Source: an uncultured delta proteobacterium
GTDB lineage: Bacteria; Desulfobacterota; Desulfuromonadia; Geobacterales; Pseudopelobacteraceae
DNA length: 64,000 nucleotides
Reading direction: 5' to 3'
Assembly: GCA_963772835.1 (NCBI GenBank)
Contig: CAVYYZ010000011.1
Location: 352,001 to 416,000, forward strand
In this document: positions 28,544 to 38,126 of the stretch, one piece after another
Position numbering within the stretch: the stretch's first letter is position 1
Layout: each line of letters starts with the position of its first letter
Notes under the pieces: model-generated
Database searches by the model: none
What the model was told of the DNA's origin: nothing
Seen by the model: only the letters and a program-made list of their open reading frames with translations
Made by a program: the position numbers and the translations under genes

Positions 28544-29518
28544 ATGAAGATTGTTACTGGTAAAAATATATATGATAAGATCCTTGATGCGTCTTGTGTT
28601 ACTATCGGCAACTTTGATGGTGTTCATCGAGGGCATGCGGAAATTTTTGCTCACCTTAAGCACAATAGCATTATTCGCGGCCTCCCCTCCGTTGTTGTTA
28701 CATTTGAGCCGCACCCGTTAAAGGTTCTGGCTCCCGGGTCAGCTCCCTCCCTGATTACTACTTTTGAACAAAAATGCACGCTGATTGCGGAATCCGGTAT
28801 TGACTATCTGGTTGTTATCCCATTTACTAAAGAATTTTCACAGCTTTCTGCGAATGATTTTGTTTTCGATATTCTCTGCACTCCACTTGGTATGCGGCAT
28901 ATCATTATCGGTCATGATTATGCGTTTGGCAGGGGACGGGAAGGAACTTTCGAAACGCTGCAAAAACTGGGCGCTCTACACATGTTTACCCTTGAAGATC
29001 TCCCCCCCATCGGAGAAGCGGGGGTTGTCTTCAGCAGCAGTCTGGTGAGATCAACCGTATCAGAAGGAGATATGGCAGCAACAGCGAGAATTCTGGGCCG
29101 CTATTACCAGATTTCCGGGACTGTCGTGCATGGCCATGAAATTGGCCACAAGCTCGGCTTTCCGACAGCAAATATATCGACAATTAACGAACTGATCCCT
29201 TCGGATGGCGTGTATGCAGTAATGGTTGAAGTTGATGGCAAACGGGTTAAAGGTGCCTGTAATATCGGCTGTAATCCAACTTTTGGTGAGAACACGCGGA
29301 CTATTGAGGTTTTTCTGCTGGATTTTTCTGAACACATTTATGATTGCGGGATTATTATTCACTTTGTGCAGCGACTGCGACCGGTACTCAAATTTCCTGA
29401 CGTTGCCGCGCTGAAAAGTGCAATCAGCCAGGATGTTATAAACAGCCGCGTCATTCTGGAAAATATTGATAAAAACTATCTTAAGCCTAACAGCGGAACG
29501 GAATGCAGTGAGCACTAA
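28544..29518 (+). CDS. ribF: Bifunctional riboflavin kinase/FAD synthetase
   Basis: IGNFDGVHRGH, TFEPHP, LGFPTAN and GCNPTF motifs. Confidence 0.96.
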   Translation: MKIVTGKNIYDKILDASCVTIGNFDGVHRGHAEIFAHLKHNSIIRGLPSVVVTFEPHPLKVLAPGSAPSLITTFEQKCTLIAESGIDYLVVIPFTKEFSQLSANDFVFDILCTPLGMRHIIIGHDYAFGRGREGTFETLQKLGALHMFTLEDLPPIGEAGVVFSSSLVRSTVSEGDMAATARILGRYYQISGTVVHGHEIGHKLGFPTANISTINELIPSDGVYAVMVEVDGKRVKGACNIGCNPTFGENTRTIEVFLLDFSEHIYDCGIIIHFVQRLRPVLKFPDVAALKSAISQDVINSRVILENIDKNYLKPNSGTECSEH

Positions 29519-30524
29519 AATTAATCTTAAATTCTGGCTTGGGATTGCCGTCAGTGCTTTTTTCATGGCTCTGCTGTTCAGGAAAATTGATTTTAACCAA
29601 CTGGTTTCAGCCCTTGTTTCTGTCGATTATCGCTTTATTCTTCTGGCGGTTGCATCTACCTTTATCAGTTATTTTTTGAGGGCTGTTCGCTGGCGTTATC
29701 TTCTCATTCCCGAGAAGCATATTCCCCTTACCTCTTTGTATCCGGCCACAATTATTGGTTACATGGCAAACAATCTGCTTCCGGCCCGCCTCGGTGAATT
29801 TGTACGTGCATATGTACTGGCACAGCGGGAAGGGTTGCAAACCCCGACCGTTTTTGCTTCGCTGGTCATTGACCGTCTTTTCGACGGATTTACGGTTCTG
29901 CTGATTTTGTTGTTAACGTTGTTCACCCTGAAGCTGCCCGAGGGATTGGCCGATGCTGCGACGCTATTGCGTACCGGTGGAATTGTCATGTTTGTTCTGT
30001 ATGCGGCAGTTGTTGCTTTTCTGATTCTGTTGAAGAGCCAGACAATGCGGACTCTTGCATGGACAGGAATTATACTGAAACCTTTTCCACAACGTTTTTC
30101 AGACCGGCTTATACCTTTGCTTGGTTCTTTTATAAGCGGGATCAGGATCTCTTCAAAGGGTGGGCATATTGCAGCGGTGCTGGCGACCTCACTGAGTATC
30201 TGGGTGTTTTGTATTATTCCGGTGGATATGGTATTGCGGGGTTTTGGTCTCCATCTCCCCATTGCCGCTTCCATGTTCATACTGGTGCTGCTTGTTTTTG
30301 CCGTGATGGTGCCGGCTTCGCCCGGATTTATCGGCACCTACCATTATGCCTGTTTCAAGGGGCTTTCTGCGTTTGATATTGCAGGACCTACCGCTGTCAG
30401 TATTGCGCTTGTTCTTCACGCCATCGGGTTTTTTCCGGTTATTATTGCGGGTTTTTTCCATCTCTGGCAGAGCAAGATGAGTCTGAGAGGATTGCGTAAT
30501 GCCGGTTCCAGGCAGGGAAAGTGA
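29508..30524 (+). CDS. Lysylphosphatidylglycerol-synthase TM / flippase-like protein (UPF0104)
   Basis: RAVRW, NNLLPARLGEFVR, IDRLFD and PASPGFIGTY motifs. The GTG start overlaps ribF. Confidence 0.85.
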   Translation: MSTKINLKFWLGIAVSAFFMALLFRKIDFNQLVSALVSVDYRFILLAVASTFISYFLRAVRWRYLLIPEKHIPLTSLYPATIIGYMANNLLPARLGEFVRAYVLAQREGLQTPTVFASLVIDRLFDGFTVLLILLLTLFTLKLPEGLADAATLLRTGGIVMFVLYAAVVAFLILLKSQTMRTLAWTGIILKPFPQRFSDRLIPLLGSFISGIRISSKGGHIAAVLATSLSIWVFCIIPVDMVLRGFGLHLPIAASMFILVLLVFAVMVPASPGFIGTYHYACFKGLSAFDIAGPTAVSIALVLHAIGFFPVIIAGFFHLWQSKMSLRGLRNAGSRQGK

Positions 30525-30525
30525 A

Positions 30526-31269
30526 ATGGAATGGTACCCGACACCAAGTTATCTGACGAAGCGGCGTGTTATTCTGGAATATCTGGAAAAGTGCCCCGGC
30601 ACGCGCATCCTTGAGGTAGGGTGCGGATGTGGAGACCTGCTGCATGTACTTGAACGCAGGGGATATTCAGGAGTGGGCATTGATATTTCTGAAGATGCGC
30701 TGGCGGTCGCACGTGCCGGTTTCGTAGGCAATCGCATACAAGTTGCGTGCTGTACCCCCGAAGATCTTCCGAATACGTTCGATATAGTAATCGCATCGGA
30801 AGTCATGGAGCATCATCAGGATGATATATATTTTCTTTCTCAATTGCGGAATCGTTTATGTGATCGGGGTCAACTGCTACTGACTGTTCCCGCGCATATG
30901 AAAAAGTGGGGCCCGAACGATGATCTCTGCGGTCACGTCCGGCGTTATGGACGTGACGATTTGTATGCGACCTTTCAGGCAGCGGGCTTTGATGATATCG
31001 TAATCTATTCCTATGGTGTTCCGATTTACAATCTAATGAAGCCGTTTTACGATGCGGCAATACGTGAAAAGGCATCTCCGACGGCAGCTCAAATGGAAAA
31101 AACCTCGGAAAGCGGTGGAATGCGACTGATGAACGGTGCGGGTCGACTATTCAGGATACTCTTCAATGATGTGACCATGTTTCCCCTGTATATGTTGCAG
31201 CGATTGTTTTACAACACAGACCTCGGAATGGGATATTTTGTTGCTGCCAGAAAAAAGGAGCAGATGTGA
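30526..31269 (+). CDS. Class I SAM-dependent methyltransferase
   Basis: ILEVGCGCG, GIDIS, FDIVIASEVMEH and GHVRRY motifs. Confidence 0.85.
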   Translation: MEWYPTPSYLTKRRVILEYLEKCPGTRILEVGCGCGDLLHVLERRGYSGVGIDISEDALAVARAGFVGNRIQVACCTPEDLPNTFDIVIASEVMEHHQDDIYFLSQLRNRLCDRGQLLLTVPAHMKKWGPNDDLCGHVRRYGRDDLYATFQAAGFDDIVIYSYGVPIYNLMKPFYDAAIREKASPTAAQMEKTSESGGMRLMNGAGRLFRILFNDVTMFPLYMLQRLFYNTDLGMGYFVAARKKEQM

Positions 31270-33137
31270 AGCGTGAGCGAAACAAATCTTATTACAGACT
31301 AGATCTGTTTTTGATCCTCTCGTTTGTTATCCCGTTCGGCATTTTTATGCTGACGCTGGCTCCTTCGGTCACTTTTTTTGACAGCGGTGAATTTCTGACT
31401 GCAATTGCCTCCCTTGGTTCTGCGCATTCACCCGGTTATCCATTGTTTCTCATGTACTCAAAGCCGTTTACCTGGATTCCTCTGGGTAATATTGCATTCA
31501 GGATCAATATGGCGACCGCTTTTTCATCCTCTCTGGCATGTTTGTCAGTGTACCTGTTAACGCTAAAGCTGTTGAATAACGAACAACTCGTCGAAAATAA
31601 ACATTTTTCCCGTTTTGCTGTCAAAGCATCCGGATTAGCGGCAGCACTTTCTTTTTCAGTTACCCCTCGTCTCTGGCTTCAGTCTAATCATGACAAGCCG
31701 TATCCGCTGCTTGCCTTCATTTCAGCAATAATATTCTATCTTTTGCTGATGTGGCGTGATCACTATAAAAACGGAGACGAACGTCCATCGTATGTGTATG
31801 TCTGTACATTTCTGGCCGGACTTTCCATGGCTCTTCATCAGTCGATTGTACTATTGCTGCCCGCATGGTTTCTGATGATAGTGCTGACCGACTGGCGCAT
31901 GATCATGCGCGTCAAGGAACTCATTATCGCCACGGCTTTCGCTCTGCTCGGGTTCTCGGTTAATCTTTATCTGCCGATTCGGGCTCTACGTAATCCACTT
32001 CTCAACTGGGGTGATTCCAAAACTCTGGATCAGTTTCTGTGGCATTTTCTACGCAAAGGCTACCCCGGCGAAGGTCATCCGCGGGATCTGGCTCTGTTGT
32101 GGGCGCAAATCAAAGCATTTAATGTACCCCTCGAATTTTCCTGGATAGGTGCAGCTCTGGTAGTTATCTCGTTATTCTGCCTGTGGAAACGGCAACGGGA
32201 TATTGTTATTGCGTATCTGGCAGGAGTTGCAGTCTTTCTTGTCGTTATTGCAGGCTACTTTGATGCATTACCCGATTTGATCTTTCTTACTGAGGAGTTT
32301 TTTACACCGTTGTATCTTCTGTCTGCTGTTCTGGTGGGAACCGGACTCTTCAATGTCCTTGCGTATGCAGTTCGGAATGCCCATACCCGGGAACGATATA
32401 ATACTAAAGTGTATGTTCTGGTTTTGATCATGATGTTTTCATTGCCGGTTTCACTCTGTGCCGTCAACTATTATGAAAACGATCAGCACGATAATTATAT
32501 CGCTTTTGATTATGCTTCAAATTCACTGCGGTCTTTGCCGCAGAATGCAATCATGTTCACGTGGGGAGACAGCGGTGCGTTTCCGCTGTGGTACCTTCAA
32601 GGTGTTGAACGGATGCGGGAGGATCTTGACCTGCCCCATACTCCACACCTCGTCTTTGACTGGTATCTCAATACGATGCCGCGCATGTTTAAAGACAGTA
32701 ACTTGAGAAAATTCGATATGACCTCTTTAGGTCCTGAAGCGGCTTTACGAATTGCGATAACTGAAAACCTGGGATCCAGGCCGGTTTTTATCGATTTTTC
32801 AACACGATATTCAGTTGAGTTTAAAGATTACCAACCGGTTCAGCGGGGGATTGTATACCAGATACGGAAAAACAATGAGCCGTTAGGGATGCCCGATATA
32901 TCGTTGTGGGATAATTATAACAATCGCGGTATTTTGGAAAAACAGTCTTTTCTCGATCTGGATACTGGAAAGGCGATCATGATTTATGCTAACAGCTACT
33001 TAGAAGTTGCCGAATTTCTTGCGGGAATTAACATGTCTCAGGAGGCTGTCGTTATGTTACGAAAGGCTGAGCAGATTTCTTCCGATATGCGGGTTTCTGC
33101 CGATCAGATACGGATGCGTTATGCTTTGGGCCGCTGA
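31266..33137 (+). CDS. DUF2723 / TMEM260-like GT-C membrane glycosyltransferase
   Basis: TLAPSVTFFDSGEF...AHSPGYPL, many TM helices, YLPIRA..PLLNWG and WGDSGAFPLWYLQGVERMR. Confidence 0.8.
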   Translation: MKRERNKSYYRLDLFLILSFVIPFGIFMLTLAPSVTFFDSGEFLTAIASLGSAHSPGYPLFLMYSKPFTWIPLGNIAFRINMATAFSSSLACLSVYLLTLKLLNNEQLVENKHFSRFAVKASGLAAALSFSVTPRLWLQSNHDKPYPLLAFISAIIFYLLLMWRDHYKNGDERPSYVYVCTFLAGLSMALHQSIVLLLPAWFLMIVLTDWRMIMRVKELIIATAFALLGFSVNLYLPIRALRNPLLNWGDSKTLDQFLWHFLRKGYPGEGHPRDLALLWAQIKAFNVPLEFSWIGAALVVISLFCLWKRQRDIVIAYLAGVAVFLVVIAGYFDALPDLIFLTEEFFTPLYLLSAVLVGTGLFNVLAYAVRNAHTRERYNTKVYVLVLIMMFSLPVSLCAVNYYENDQHDNYIAFDYASNSLRSLPQNAIMFTWGDSGAFPLWYLQGVERMREDLDLPHTPHLVFDWYLNTMPRMFKDSNLRKFDMTSLGPEAALRIAITENLGSRPVFIDFSTRYSVEFKDYQPVQRGIVYQIRKNNEPLGMPDISLWDNYNNRGILEKQSFLDLDTGKAIMIYANSYLEVAEFLAGINMSQEAVVMLRKAEQISSDMRVSADQIRMRYALGR

Positions 33138-33141
33138 ACAG

Positions 33142-33993
33142 ATGCCCGTCGTGCACGGGAAAACCCGGGTTGTCTGCATCATCGGAAATCCTATCCGGCA
33201 TTCGCTTTCGCCGTTTATGCAGAATGCCGCTTTTTCGGCCAGTCATCTTGATTATGTCTATATTCCTTTTGCCGTCAATCCTGAAAATCTGGAGCAGGCG
33301 GTGACCGGACTGAAGGCGCTCGGGGTATGTGGCTTTAATGTTACCATTCCTCACAAAACAAACATAATTCCGTTTCTGGATCGTCTGGATGAAAGTGCCG
33401 AAGCTGCCGGGGCCGTCAATACTGTAAAGTTATGTGGTCACTCCCTGATCGGCTACAATACAGACGGTGAAGGATTGGTGGATTCTCTTGCCTCTGATGT
33501 GGGTTTTTCACCCGGCACTGAGCATATTCTGGTCATTGGAGCGGGTGGAGCTGCACGCGGGGCGATAGCAGCATTGTGCCGTTCCGGCGCCAAAAGCATA
33601 TGTATCTGTAATCGTTCGCTTGAGCGTGCGCGCGTCTTAATGCGTGATATGAACATCCGTTATCCCGATACAAACATCGACGTGATCAGCCTTAATCAGG
33701 TGAGTGCTGAACACCTGCACTCGACCTTTCTACTGCTTAATACCACATCACTTGGTATGAACGGAGAACGGATTGAAAACATTAATACTGCCTGTTTACC
33801 GGAACATGCCAAAGTATATGACATGGTATATTCCCATTCCGGTACACCGCTTGTGAAGGAGGCTTCTGCTGCCGGTTTGCATGCAGTTAACGGGTTGGGA
33901 ATGCTCGTCGCTCAGGGTGAACGCGCCTTTGAAATATGGACCGGTCTGAAACCGCCTGAAGGTGTTATGCGTCGGGCTTTAGTCAGTATTTGA
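33142..33993 (+). CDS. aroE: Shikimate dehydrogenase
   Basis: HSLSP, NVTIPHK, GAVNT, NTDG, GAGGAAR and GLGMLVAQ motifs. Confidence 0.95.
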   Translation: MPVVHGKTRVVCIIGNPIRHSLSPFMQNAAFSASHLDYVYIPFAVNPENLEQAVTGLKALGVCGFNVTIPHKTNIIPFLDRLDESAEAAGAVNTVKLCGHSLIGYNTDGEGLVDSLASDVGFSPGTEHILVIGAGGAARGAIAALCRSGAKSICICNRSLERARVLMRDMNIRYPDTNIDVISLNQVSAEHLHSTFLLLNTTSLGMNGERIENINTACLPEHAKVYDMVYSHSGTPLVKEASAAGLHAVNGLGMLVAQGERAFEIWTGLKPPEGVMRRALVSI

Positions 33994-34009
33994 TGGTCTT
34001 AACTACAGC

Positions 34010-34038
34010 TTGACAATAAGCGGCATTCTCCCTACTAT
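34010..34038 (+). promoter_or_regulatory. Sigma70-type promoter of the pilB operon
   Basis: TTGACA-17 nt-TACTAT. Confidence 0.7.
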
Positions 34039-34067
34039 GGCGGTTTAGAAACGTAAACGGAGCAATC

Positions 34068-35774
34068 ATGCAGTCAAACAGACTGGGAGAAATCCTGGTA
34101 AAAAACAATCTGATTAATCGTGACCAGCTCGGTAAGGCATTAGAAGAACAAAAGCTTTCCGGCAATCAGATTCGTCTTGGCTCGATACTAATCAGTCAGA
34201 AGCTGATTACGGAAGAACAACTCACTTCATTTTTATCCAAGCAGTATGGTGTGCCGAGTGTCAATCTTACCGACTATGAAATAGATCCCGCCGTCATAAA
34301 AATAATCCCACCGGAAGTTGTCCAAAAATATCAGCTGCTGCCGGTTAACAGAGCTGGTGCAACCCTGATTATTGCGGTCAGTGATCCATCAAACCTGTTT
34401 GCAATTGAAGACATTAAGTTTATGACCGGCTACAACATTGAGATGGTTGTAGCGTCGGAACATGATATTAAATCTTCAATAGACAAGTATTATGATCAGT
34501 CAGCATCGCTTGCCGACGTGATGAGCGACCTCGATGTCGAGGATATGGAAATTATCGGCGATGAAGAGCAGGTTGATCTTAGCTCTCTTGAAAGGGCAAC
34601 AGAGGACGCTCCGGTTGTCAAGATGGTCAACGCTATTTTGCAGGATGCAATCCGTAAAAAAGCCAGCGATATACATGTAGAGCCGTACGAAAAACTTTTC
34701 AGAGTTCGCTATCGGATTGATGGTGTTTTATACGAAGTAATGAAACCCCCGCTTAAGTTGAAGAACGCGATTACTTCCCGCATCAAGATCATGGCGGAAC
34801 TTGATATCGCCGAGCGGCGGCTCCCACAGGACGGACGTATAAAAATTAAACTCGGCGGAGGCAAGGACATGGACTTTCGTGTCTCATGTCTTCCGACCCT
34901 TTTTGGCGAGAAGATTGTACTGCGTCTTCTTGACAAGGGCAACCTGCAAACGGATTTGACCAAACTGGGATATGAGCCCGAAGCGTTAGCGCATTTTATG
35001 CATGAAATACATAAGCCTTTCGGTATGGTGCTTGTAACCGGCCCGACCGGTAGCGGCAAAACTGTTTCCCTCTATTCAGCTATTGCCGAACTCAACAAGG
35101 TATCGGAAAATATTTCAACTGCCGAAGATCCGGTCGAATTCAATTTTGCCGGGATAAACCAGGTTCAGATGCACGAAGATATCGGCCTTAACTTTTCTGC
35201 AGCTTTGCGCTCTTTTCTGCGTCAGGACCCCGATATAATCATGATCGGAGAAATACGCGATTTTGAAACTGCTGAAATAGCCATTAAAGCTGCTTTAACG
35301 GGCCATATGGTTCTTTCTACACTGCACACTAATGACGCTCCGGCAACCATCAACCGCCTGCTAAACATGGGTATAGAACCGTTTCTGGTCGCTTCGGCAG
35401 TTAATCTTATAACTGCTCAGCGTTTGGCCCGTCGGGTCTGCGGTGAATGCAAACAACCTGAGGAAATCCCAGTGCAGGCGTTAATTGACGCCGGAGTATC
35501 GCCGGATGAAGCGTCGTCATTTGTCTGCATGCGCGGCAAAGGGTGCCCGACCTGCAACAACACCGGGTACAAGGGACGTGTCGGTTTTTACCAGGTCATG
35601 CCGATGCGCGAAGAAATCAAGGAACTGATTTTAAATGGTGCCAACACAGCAGAAATTAAAAGGGAATCCATGAGAATCGGCATCAAAACCATGCGTCAGT
35701 CCGGCTTGACAAAACTTAAGGAAGGGGTAACCTCCTTCGAAGAAGTGTTGAGAATAACCGTTGCTGACGACTAA
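34068..35774 (+). CDS. pilB: Type IV-A pilus assembly ATPase
   Basis: RLGEIL N-terminus, ASDIHVEP, RLPQDG, GPTGSGKT, LRQDPD and a tetracysteine motif. Confidence 0.96.
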   Translation: MQSNRLGEILVKNNLINRDQLGKALEEQKLSGNQIRLGSILISQKLITEEQLTSFLSKQYGVPSVNLTDYEIDPAVIKIIPPEVVQKYQLLPVNRAGATLIIAVSDPSNLFAIEDIKFMTGYNIEMVVASEHDIKSSIDKYYDQSASLADVMSDLDVEDMEIIGDEEQVDLSSLERATEDAPVVKMVNAILQDAIRKKASDIHVEPYEKLFRVRYRIDGVLYEVMKPPLKLKNAITSRIKIMAELDIAERRLPQDGRIKIKLGGGKDMDFRVSCLPTLFGEKIVLRLLDKGNLQTDLTKLGYEPEALAHFMHEIHKPFGMVLVTGPTGSGKTVSLYSAIAELNKVSENISTAEDPVEFNFAGINQVQMHEDIGLNFSAALRSFLRQDPDIIMIGEIRDFETAEIAIKAALTGHMVLSTLHTNDAPATINRLLNMGIEPFLVASAVNLITAQRLARRVCGECKQPEEIPVQALIDAGVSPDEASSFVCMRGKGCPTCNNTGYKGRVGFYQVMPMREEIKELILNGANTAEIKRESMRIGIKTMRQSGLTKLKEGVTSFEEVLRITVADD

Positions 35775-35789
35775 TCAGGAGGACTTGCG

Positions 35790-36887
35790 ATGCTCAACCT
35801 TCATCAGCTGCTAAAAATCCTCGTAGAATCAAACGGGTCCGACCTTCATATTACCACTAACTCTCCTCCTCAGATGCGAGTAGACGGTCATCTGATGCCC
35901 ATGGATTTTCCCCCCATGAATCAGGTCGAAACCAAACAGCTTTGTTACAGTGTGCTGACTGATGCACAAAAGCATAAGTTTGAGGAAGAAAATGAACTGG
36001 ATCTTTCGTTCGGGGTTAAGGGCCTTTCACGATTCAGGGGAAATATGTTTATACAGCGGGGTGCTGTGGCCGGTGTATTCAGGGTTATTCCGTATAAAAT
36101 CATGACGTTTGAAGAGTTGAATTTACCACCGATTATTCCTGAACTTGCTGCCCGCCCCCGCGGTCTTATTCTGGTAACCGGCCCCACCGGAAGCGGCAAG
36201 TCGACCACTCTTGCTTCAATCGTTGATTACATCAACATCAATAGGCGTGAGCATATTGTCACTATCGAAGATCCGATAGAATATCTCCACCCGCACAAAG
36301 GCTGTCTTGTAAATCAACGGGAAGTCGGTGCTGATACCAAAGGCTTTAAAAATGCGCTGAAATACGTGCTGCGACAGGATCCTGATGTCGTCCTGGTTGG
36401 TGAATTACGAGATCTTGAAACCATTGAAGCCGCACTTACCCTGGCTGAAACAGGACATCTCTGTCTGGCCACACTTCATACCAATTCATGCGCACAAACA
36501 ATAAACCGTATCGTGGATGTATTTCCTCCCTATCAGCAGACACAGATCAGGGCGCAGCTTTCATTTGTGCTTGAAGGGGTGATATCGCAAATACTGATTC
36601 CCAAAATGGGGTCCAAAGGGCGTGTTCTGGCCCTTGAAATAATGGTTCCGAATGCTGCCATCAGAAATCTGATACGCGAGGATAAGGTCCATCAGATTTA
36701 TTCCCAGATGCAGATCGGGCAGGATAAATTCGGCATGCAGACCATGAATCAATCACTTTTATCTTCTTTTCAGAAGCGGATCATTTCGCTTGAGGAAGCG
36801 CTCGGACGCTCACAGGATCCGGAAGAACTGAAAAAAATGATCAGCAACCCTGCGGCAAATATGCAGCGCAGCCCCCAGATGCATTGA
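35790..36887 (+). CDS. pilT: Type IV pilus retraction ATPase
   Basis: GSDLH, GPTGSGKST, EDPIE, AETGH and AIRNLIRE motifs. Confidence 0.96.
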   Translation: MLNLHQLLKILVESNGSDLHITTNSPPQMRVDGHLMPMDFPPMNQVETKQLCYSVLTDAQKHKFEEENELDLSFGVKGLSRFRGNMFIQRGAVAGVFRVIPYKIMTFEELNLPPIIPELAARPRGLILVTGPTGSGKSTTLASIVDYININRREHIVTIEDPIEYLHPHKGCLVNQREVGADTKGFKNALKYVLRQDPDVVLVGELRDLETIEAALTLAETGHLCLATLHTNSCAQTINRIVDVFPPYQQTQIRAQLSFVLEGVISQILIPKMGSKGRVLALEIMVPNAAIRNLIREDKVHQIYSQMQIGQDKFGMQTMNQSLLSSFQKRIISLEEALGRSQDPEELKKMISNPAANMQRSPQMH

Positions 36888-36907
36888 ATTAATGAAGGAG
36901 AACCGTA

Positions 36908-38125
36908 ATGCCTAAATTTAACTGGGAAGCCCGTACAAGAACCGGCGGCACGCAAAAAGGTGTCATCGAGGCGGCAACTGTTGATGTTGTGGAAGCGCAG
37001 CTGAAAAAATATGGTTTCAGCAATATAGTTATAAAATCGGAATCCAAGGGTCTGAACTTCAAGTTACCTTCATTCGGAGGCAGTGGAAAGGTCGACGAAA
37101 AAGATCTTGTAATATTTACACGTCAGTTTTCTACCATGATTGACTCTGGATTACCTCTCGTTCAATGTCTTGAAATCCTGGCAAGTCAGCAGGACAACAA
37201 GGCTTTTCAGGAAATTCTGTACAAAGTCAAGGAAAGCGTTGAGAGCGGATCTACATTTGCTGACGCCCTGGGGAAGCATCCAAAGGCCTTTGATCAGCTG
37301 TTTGTGAACCTTGTGGCCGCCGGGGAAATCGGCGGTATTCTGGACACCATCCTGACGCGTCTGGCTGCATATATTGAAAAATCAATGAAATTAAAAAAGC
37401 AGATCAAAGGGGCCATGGTTTACCCGATTACAATCATGTCCATCGCAGTCGTTGTTGTAGGCGTAATTCTCATTTTTGTCATTCCTACCTTCGCAAAAAT
37501 GTTTATAGAATTTGGCGGAGAATTACCCGCCCCGACAAAATTTGTCATCGCTCTCAGTAATTTTCTGGTTAAATATTTTCTCCTTCTCATCGGTGGTTTC
37601 TATGCAATTATCTGGGCCGTAAAAAAATATTATGCCACACCGATCGGGCAGAAAAATATTGACCGTTTTGCACTAAAGGCACCAATTGCCGGCCCGCTGA
37701 TCAGGAAGGTTGCAGTTGCAAAATTTACCAGAACGCTGGGAACAATGGTAAGTTCGGGTGTGCCGATTATGGATGGTCTTGAAATAGTGGCTAAAACAGC
37801 CGGCAATAAAATTGTTGAAGAGGCGATCTACGCTGTCCGTCAGGCGATCTCTGAAGGTAAAACCATGTCGGAACCGTTGGCGGCATGCGGTGTTTTCCCA
37901 CCGATGGTAGTTCAGATGATTGCTGTTGGTGAAGCGACCGGGGCAATGGATACTATGTTGAATAAAATTGCCGATTTTTATGACGACGAGGTTGATGATG
38001 CCGTAGGCGCAATGACGGCAATGATGGAACCTTTGCTGATGGTGTTTCTGGGGACAACCGTTGGAGGTTTGGTTGTCGCAATGTATCTGCCTATTTTCAA
38101 ACTGGCGGGTGCCGTTGGCGGTTAA
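36908..38125 (+). CDS. pilC: Type IV pilus inner-membrane platform protein (T2SS F family)
   Basis: FTRQFSTMIDSG, AGEIGG, AMVYP, GEATG and AMYLPIF motifs. Confidence 0.95.
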   Translation: MPKFNWEARTRTGGTQKGVIEAATVDVVEAQLKKYGFSNIVIKSESKGLNFKLPSFGGSGKVDEKDLVIFTRQFSTMIDSGLPLVQCLEILASQQDNKAFQEILYKVKESVESGSTFADALGKHPKAFDQLFVNLVAAGEIGGILDTILTRLAAYIEKSMKLKKQIKGAMVYPITIMSIAVVVVGVILIFVIPTFAKMFIEFGGELPAPTKFVIALSNFLVKYFLLLIGGFYAIIWAVKKYYATPIGQKNIDRFALKAPIAGPLIRKVAVAKFTRTLGTMVSSGVPIMDGLEIVAKTAGNKIVEEAIYAVRQAISEGKTMSEPLAACGVFPPMVVQMIAVGEATGAMDTMLNKIADFYDDEVDDAVGAMTAMMEPLLMVFLGTTVGGLVVAMYLPIFKLAGAVGG

Positions 38126-38126
38126 T

